DNA of 64,000 nt from Candidatus Omnitrophota bacterium (GTDB taxonomy: Bacteria; Omnitrophota; Gorgyraeia; JABMSB01). Positions 58,701 through 64,000 of this stretch are shown piece by piece. Under the pieces are notes generated by a model. It ran no database searches. It had not been told where the DNA came from and was given only the letters and a program-made list of their open reading frames with translations. Numbering within the stretch: the stretch's first letter is position 1; each line of letters begins with the position of its first letter. The translations under genes and the position numbers were made by a program. The DNA lies in NCBI GenBank assembly GCA_013202205.1, contig JABMSB010000031.1, positions 310 to 64,309 of the forward strand. The letters run 5' to 3'.

Positions 58701-59922
58701 AGATAGCCTTTTTTAATCGCTCATTCCATCCTGATGTTGAAGCAGTGGGTTTGCTTTTAACGGAACTATGCGAAGAACTCACTAAGCGATACAACATCTC
58801 TACTACCGTTGTTGCGGGGTTACCCTATTATTCTGAAAATTCTCAATATCATAAGAAATTCCCTTTTGCGCGCGAACATTATCAAGGTACAAAGATTTTA
58901 AGGGTTTGGTCTCTTAGTTTGGACAAAAGCAAAACTTTTTGCAGATTCGCAAATTATGTCAGTTTTACCATTCTTTCTGTATTGGCAGGTTTTCGATTGG
59001 GGAAGCAAGATATCATAATTGCTCACACCAACCCTCCGACGGTTCCGATAGTTGCGTTTCTATTTGCTAAATTATATAGAGCAAAATTTATCTATTGGTG
59101 CAAAGAGATATTTCCTGAAACAGCAAATTTGCTCAAAGATTATCACAATAGACATATGGATAATATCTTGAATCGAGTTAATCGTTTCCTTTTTAAGAGA
59201 GCGGATAAGATAGTGGTGATTGGAGAGATGATGAAAAAACGTCTAGTGGAAGAGAAGGGTGCACCCGAAGAAAAGATAACAATAATACGCGACTGGGCGC
59301 GGTGTGACCGCATATATCCTGTGAAGGAAAGCAACCCTTTTAAGCTTAAATATGGCCTCGACGGAAAATTAGTAATAATGCATTCGGGAAATATAGGATT
59401 GGCGCAAGAGGTGGAAACGGTGGTAGAGGTGGCCAAGGCTTTCAATGATAGAAAAGATATAGTTTTTTTAATTGTAGGCGACGGGGCCAGGAAAAGGAAT
59501 TACAGAAAAAAGCCGAATCTTATGGTTTGACCAACGTGACCTTTTTGCCATTTCAACCAACTGAGACATTAAAATTTTCTCTTTCGGCAGCGGACATACA
59601 TATCGTTTCTTTAAAAAAAGGTTTTTCGGGTTATTTGGTACCCAGCAAGATATACAATATTCTGGCAACTGGCTGCGCCCTTATAGCCGCGGGGGATGCA
59701 GAATGTGAAATGGTAGATATGGTGCAAAAGTACGAATGTGGTTTTACGTGCCGCCCTGGAGATATTGAAGCTATAGTTTCTTTTATAGAAAAGTGCTATA
59801 ATAATCGCTCATTTCTTAAGCGGATTAGTGAAAATGCACGCAACACAGCGCTTCACTACGATTTTGAAAAGCCTCTTGATACAGCACATAAATTATTTTT
59901 GGAACTAACGCAACAAGGATAA
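58697..59922 (+). pseudogene. GT4 glycosyltransferase disrupted by a single-nucleotide frameshift near 59491-59497 (ORFs 58697-59530 and 59527-59922)
   Basis: Frame 2 reads ...LIVGDGARKRNYRKKPNLMV*. Frame 1 continues ...ELQKKAESYGLTNVTFLPFQ. Adding one base in the GAAAAGG tract restores a full-length GT4. Confidence 0.6.
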
Positions 59923-59933
59923 GGGCATCTAAT

Positions 59934-60962
59934 ATGAGTAGCATAATACAAGCTTTTTTGATAGCGCTAACTTTCGCAATTGTAATTACACCGATTGCAC
60001 GATATCTTGCTTTAAAATCTAATTTTGTCGATATACCAAATGATGAAAGAAAAATTCACAAAAAATCAATTCCTTTGCTGGGGGGATGGGCAATCTATCT
60101 TAGCATTGTTCTCACTTGTTTGTTTAAGTGGGATCTTTTGGCTGATAAGAACTTAATTTTTACTCTCGGGGCAATTACCCTCCTTTTAATAATAGGGACT
60201 CTCGACGATAAAGGAATGCTTAATTCGCAGACAAAACTTATAATCGGAATGCCCATAGCATCTTTGGTGCTTATATCTATCGGCATAAGAATCGATTTTT
60301 TCTCTATGTTTTTAAAACCCCCGTATGGAAATATTCTAGATATCTTATTTACGCTTTTTTGGATAACGGGGTTTACGGCATCTTTTTCAATACTGGATCA
60401 TATGGATGGTTTAAACGTTGGCATAACCGCAATCGCATCAGCTTTCTTTTTGGTTCATTTTATTAATTGCGGTTATGATATGCTGGCAGTAATTTCTGCA
60501 ATTTGTTTAGGTAGTTCGGTTGGTTTTTTGGTCTTTAATTTTCATCCAGCAAAAATATTTCTTGGGGATGGAGGTGCCATGATAACCGGTTTCCTCATGG
60601 CATTTTTGAGTTTAAAAATGCCGGTTCAGAATAGGTATATTGTCTCGAGAGTCGTCACACCGCTGTTGATACTGGTTGTCCCATTTTTCGATACTTCTCT
60701 TTGTATTTTTTCTCGTTCACGCAGAGGTTTGTTGCCTCCTACTGCGCCCGGCAAGGACCATATAGCCCATAGGCTAATGAAATCAGGTTTTGGACAGAAA
60801 AAAACCGCAATGATTTTGTATACCATGGCAATCTTGGGAGGTGTGCTTTCCCTGTTTCTCTCAGCGCTTAGCAAGACAACAACCTGTATTTTTATACTCA
60901 TATCTATCGTTATCTATGTGTCAACAATTTTAAGTATAGAACGATTGCCATATGAAAAATAG
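59934..60962 (+). CDS. Polyprenyl-phosphate sugar-1-phosphate transferase (WecA/MraY family)
   Basis: About 10 TM helices. LGTLDDKGML. 342 aa. Confidence 0.8.
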   Translation: MSSIIQAFLIALTFAIVITPIARYLALKSNFVDIPNDERKIHKKSIPLLGGWAIYLSIVLTCLFKWDLLADKNLIFTLGAITLLLIIGTLDDKGMLNSQTKLIIGMPIASLVLISIGIRIDFFSMFLKPPYGNILDILFTLFWITGFTASFSILDHMDGLNVGITAIASAFFLVHFINCGYDMLAVISAICLGSSVGFLVFNFHPAKIFLGDGGAMITGFLMAFLSLKMPVQNRYIVSRVVTPLLILVVPFFDTSLCIFSRSRRGLLPPTAPGKDHIAHRLMKSGFGQKKTAMILYTMAILGGVLSLFLSALSKTTTCIFILISIVIYVSTILSIERLPYEK

Positions 60963-60998
60963 TCGAGACATATCTTTCTAACGTAAAAGAGGGTAATT

Positions 60999-62003
60999 AT
61001 GGGTCTTCATCAAGGTAAGAAAATTCTAGTAACGGGTGGGTGCGGTTTTATCGGTTCCTACCTCGTAGAGAGATTGATTTCCGAAGGGAACGAAGTCGTC
61101 GTTATTGATGATTTATCGACAGGAATAAAGACGAATATAGAGCATCTGTTGAATAATAAGTATTTTCAGTTCATAAATGACACAATATTTAACTATAGGA
61201 AGATGGAAGAGGTTCTGCAAGGCTGTGACGAGATATATCACCTCGCGGCCTCTGTGGGCGTGAAATATGTAGTAGAGCATCCTGTGGAATCGATCAGGAT
61301 TAATATTAGAGGGACCGAGATAGTGCTTGAGTTAGCAAACCGGTATCACAAGAAGATATTTATCGTTTCATCATCGGAGGTGTATGGAAAGAATATGAAA
61401 CGTATTTTAAATGAAGATGACGATTCCCTCTTAGGTGGCCCAAAGGTACTCCGCTGGAATTATGGACATGCGAAAGCGATAGACGAATTCCTGGCGTTAG
61501 CATATCATATGGAAAAGGGGTTAGAGGTTGTTGTGGGGAGGCTTTTTAATACTTGTGGACCCAGACAGGTTGGGACATACGGAATGGTTATTCCTCGCTT
61601 CATAGAACAGGCATTGAAGGGTGATCCGATAATGGTATATGGTAACGGAAAGCAGGTCAGGGCATTCTGTCATGTGTCAGATACAATAGAAGGCATATTG
61701 CGATTGATGAATCATCCGAAAGCCGTGGGGGATGTATTCAATATTGGCAATCCAGAAGGTATTACCATTTTTAAATTGGCTAAAAAGATCCGAGAGATGA
61801 CGAATAGCAAATCAAAAATTATACTCGTACCCTACAAAAAGGTATTCAGTCAAAATTTTGAAGATATACGTTATCGAGTCCCCGACATAAGGAAGATCGG
61901 AAAGTTAACGGGATATTCGCCAAGAGTGACTCTGGATCAGCTACTCGAGCAGACGATAGCATGGTTTAAAGAGGAGCTCAAAAAGGTCAAGGAGGGCGTG
62001 TAG
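60999..62003 (+). CDS. NAD-dependent sugar-nucleotide epimerase/dehydratase (UDP-glucuronate decarboxylase-like)
   Basis: ILVTGGCGFIGSYL. SSSEVYG. YxxxK. Confidence 0.75.
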   Translation: MGLHQGKKILVTGGCGFIGSYLVERLISEGNEVVVIDDLSTGIKTNIEHLLNNKYFQFINDTIFNYRKMEEVLQGCDEIYHLAASVGVKYVVEHPVESIRINIRGTEIVLELANRYHKKIFIVSSSEVYGKNMKRILNEDDDSLLGGPKVLRWNYGHAKAIDEFLALAYHMEKGLEVVVGRLFNTCGPRQVGTYGMVIPRFIEQALKGDPIMVYGNGKQVRAFCHVSDTIEGILRLMNHPKAVGDVFNIGNPEGITIFKLAKKIREMTNSKSKIILVPYKKVFSQNFEDIRYRVPDIRKIGKLTGYSPRVTLDQLLEQTIAWFKEELKKVKEGV

Positions 62004-62022
62004 TGAAGAGGGGCTTATATAC

Positions 62023-63192
62023 ATGAGGGATGTTGCTATTATCGGGGCGGGGCCCATAGGGAACTACGTGGGATATCTGCTTGCTACGGCCGGACTGGAT
62101 GTTGTGCTTCTTGAAGAACATGCTGTGGTAGGGGAGCCGGCGCACTGTACCGGGATTATAGGGATGGATGCCTTTGAGCAATTTGACCTGCCGCGCAACG
62201 CTGTGGTGGGCGAGCTTAAGAAGGTCAAGATTATCTCTCCCCATAGAAAGATCTTTGATTATGATTTTGATACATCGCAGGCATTAGTTGTGGATCGCTC
62301 AAAGTTCGATAGAGGGATAGCCCAGATGGCTATCCTCAACGGTGCACAGCTGATGATGGATGCCACGGCAACGGGCATTGAGGTGTTGAAGGATCGTGTC
62401 GATATTAAAATCAGAAAAGATGGCAGGATCAAGCGGATAGCGGCTAAGATGGCCGTGATATCGACAGGACTGCATTACGGTCTTCAAGAGCGGCTCGGGA
62501 TGGGCAAGCCGCGGGATTTTTTGAAATGTGCCCAGGTTGAAACGGATGTTATGGACCGCAATGATTACGTTGAGGTCTATTTCGGCAAGAGGTTGGCGCC
62601 GGGCTCATTCGCCTGGGTCGTCCCCATTGAGACGGGTAATGGGCCTAGGGCTCGAATAGGATTAAGTAGTACGCAGTCGGCATCTGCGTATCTTGATAAA
62701 TTTCTTGTTTCGCTTAATTCCAGGGTGTTGAATGCCGAACATCTAGATGTTAAACGCAGCGCCATACCGCTTACGCCCATCGCCAGGACATTTCATAATA
62801 GAGTACTTGCCGTCGGCGATGCGGCCGGGGTCGTGAAGCCGAGCACAGGAGGAGGTGTATTTTATGGCCTGATATGTGCCGGCATAGCTGCTGAAGTTGT
62901 AAAGAAGGCCTTCAAGATAGGGCGGTTTGATCAAAGGGTTTTGAGTGAATATGAGAGGCAGTGGAAGAAGAGGTTGGGGCTTGAATTGAAGATAGGATAC
63001 TATTTTCGGAGAGTCGCTTCTAAATTTACAGATGCGCAACTCAATGATTTGTTTGAGGTTATAACTTCCGATGAGGTGTTGCCGCTTTTAAGGCGTAAAG
63101 CTAAGTTCGATTGGCATAAGGACTTAATGCTTTCCATAGTAAAGCAGGCAGCGGTGAGAAATCTCTTTTTTGGCAGTTTAATGAAGATGTAA
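62023..63192 (+). CDS. FAD-dependent oxidoreductase of the geranylgeranyl-reductase family
   Basis: AIIGAGPIGNYVGYLLA dinucleotide fold. LAVGDAAGVVKPSTGGG. 389 aa. Confidence 0.65.
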   Translation: MRDVAIIGAGPIGNYVGYLLATAGLDVVLLEEHAVVGEPAHCTGIIGMDAFEQFDLPRNAVVGELKKVKIISPHRKIFDYDFDTSQALVVDRSKFDRGIAQMAILNGAQLMMDATATGIEVLKDRVDIKIRKDGRIKRIAAKMAVISTGLHYGLQERLGMGKPRDFLKCAQVETDVMDRNDYVEVYFGKRLAPGSFAWVVPIETGNGPRARIGLSSTQSASAYLDKFLVSLNSRVLNAEHLDVKRSAIPLTPIARTFHNRVLAVGDAAGVVKPSTGGGVFYGLICAGIAAEVVKKAFKIGRFDQRVLSEYERQWKKRLGLELKIGYYFRRVASKFTDAQLNDLFEVITSDEVLPLLRRKAKFDWHKDLMLSIVKQAAVRNLFFGSLMKM

Positions 63193-63283
63193 TATACTTT
63201 AACCCTTTTATTTATAATAAGTTACAAAATTATGAATCAAACTTGCTAAATCCCCATTCTTGTGATATACTTAATAATAGGGG

Positions 63284-63580
63284 GTGAGGGAGATGCGAAA
63301 ATTAAGAGTACTATGTTTGGTTGTAGTAGCCACTATCTGGTTGGGAAGTGTAACTTGTTATGGTGAGAATATAGTTTCACCCCATACTTCGAAACAGGAT
63401 ACCACGGATGTCTTGACAGTTTCTGATGGTAAGCCAGAGCAAACAGAAGCGAACTACCAAATCATAAAAATGTCAAAATTAATTGAGGGGTATACGTTAC
63501 TTCTTGTAGGAAAGATAAAAGACTTTTTGGATTCTATGCAAGAAAATATGTCAACTACCAAAGAAGAGCTGTCACGCTAA
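63284..63580 (+). CDS. Small secreted hypothetical protein (98 aa)
   Basis: RBS ggggtgagggag. Signal peptide MREMRKLRVLCLVVVATIWLGSVTCYG. Confidence 0.5.
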   Translation: MREMRKLRVLCLVVVATIWLGSVTCYGENIVSPHTSKQDTTDVLTVSDGKPEQTEANYQIIKMSKLIEGYTLLLVGKIKDFLDSMQENMSTTKEELSR

Positions 63581-63607
63581 TTTTTACCTTAACTTGAATT
63601 TTAAAAT

Positions 63608-63637
63608 AACCGCTTCAAAAAAGCGGTTATTTTTATG
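63608..63637. terminator. Bidirectional rho-independent terminator AACCGCTT-caaaaa-AAGCGGTT followed by TTTTTAT
   Basis: Perfect 8-bp stem flanked by A-run and T-run. It lies between convergent genes. Confidence 0.7.
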
Positions 63638-64000
63638 CTCGCTTATCAAGAACGAAAGAGCTAATATTGAGCGATTTGGCCTTCTTCTTTACTTCGGCGC
63701 ATATGTTGGTTACTTCCGCGTAGCTCTGGATGGGTCTCTGCTCATTTGTAACACCTGCTAAGGATATGGTCATTATAGGGAATTTTTTTATCTGGCTATC
63801 CCTTGAGCTCGCCATTATAAACCCCTGGTCAAGGTCTTCTTTGCTGTAAAACTGCCTTATACGCTTGTCAAATTCTTTGCATATATAATCTGTGATTGTC
63901 TTCGTTTTATCCGGTGTGGTTATCATCACAAAGTCATCTCCGCCTTCATGGCCAAGAAGGTCATCCGAGTTGCCGTGCTTTAAACTCTCTTTCAGTATAT
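63633..64000 (-). CDS. GGDEF-domain (diguanylate cyclase-like) protein, C-terminal part; N-terminus beyond window end
   Basis: The reverse-strand frame is open to nt 64000. It reads ...GHEGGDDFVMITTPD...ISLAGV, a GG(D/E)EF-like signature with a GGDDF variant. Confidence 0.6.
   Translation of the reverse strand, partial: ILKESLKHGNSDDLLGHEGGDDFVMITTPDKTKTITDYICKEFDKRIRQFYSKEDLDQGFIMASSRDSQIKKFPIMTISLAGVTNEQRPIQSYAEVTNICAEVKKKAKSLNISSFVLDKRA

Noticed and set aside
1-64000. CRISPR arrays, integrases, transposases or phage genes
   Set aside because: I found no regularly spaced direct repeats. No ORF carries tyrosine or serine recombinase, DDE transposase or phage structural signatures. The tRNA-Gln repeats are short scars only.

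Overview
This 64 kb window is from a Gram-negative bacterial chromosome with roughly 45% GC. I could not assign the organism from sequence alone.

Layout of the window:
- 1-3.4 kb: two secreted or surface proteins, each followed by the same conserved ~50 bp element.
- 3.4-27.9 kb: a syntenic housekeeping block of about 30 genes. It includes a split transketolase, a tRNA-Gln, the rpsF-ssb-rpsR-rplI operon and lpxD through nadE.
- 28-32.7 kb: a short AT-rich island with phased TTACAA-type repeats and a lone COG1373/DUF4143 ATPase, inserted just before lpxB-gnnA-gnnB on the minus strand. Together with the upstream lipid A genes this predicts a GlcN3N-type lipid A.
- 32.7-64 kb: a large, mostly co-directional polysaccharide locus.

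My best candidate for an undescribed system is this polysaccharide locus. It opens with a consensus sigma70 promoter, a small ORF and a PilZ protein. It encodes an outer-membrane barrel, an unusual Wza-like exporter with a transmembrane and coiled-coil N-terminus, and a Wzc tyrosine kinase. Further in, it carries a B12-binding radical SAM, two SPASM radical SAMs in a cassette with a methyltransferase, three SAM methyltransferases, and a GT4 fused to a dTMP-kinase-like domain. It also contains an NPP-family phosphodiesterase, a frameshifted GT4, a WecA-like initiating transferase next to a geranylgeranyl-reductase-family flavoprotein, a pseudogene remnant of the TPR tail of a Wzy paralog, and a GGDEF protein cut off by the window end.

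Other items worth a second look:
- an unannotated bS22-like 33-aa basic ORF;
- a consensus promoter with a 150-nt purine-rich leader upstream of hisG;
- a SpoVG homolog with an inserted zinc ribbon;
- degenerate repeats of the tRNA-Gln 3' end;
- the two halves of the split transketolase separated by an FtsH-like protease and a lipoprotein.

I saw no CRISPR array, integrase or transposase. All calls rest on reading the sequence and recalling protein families; none were checked against a database.
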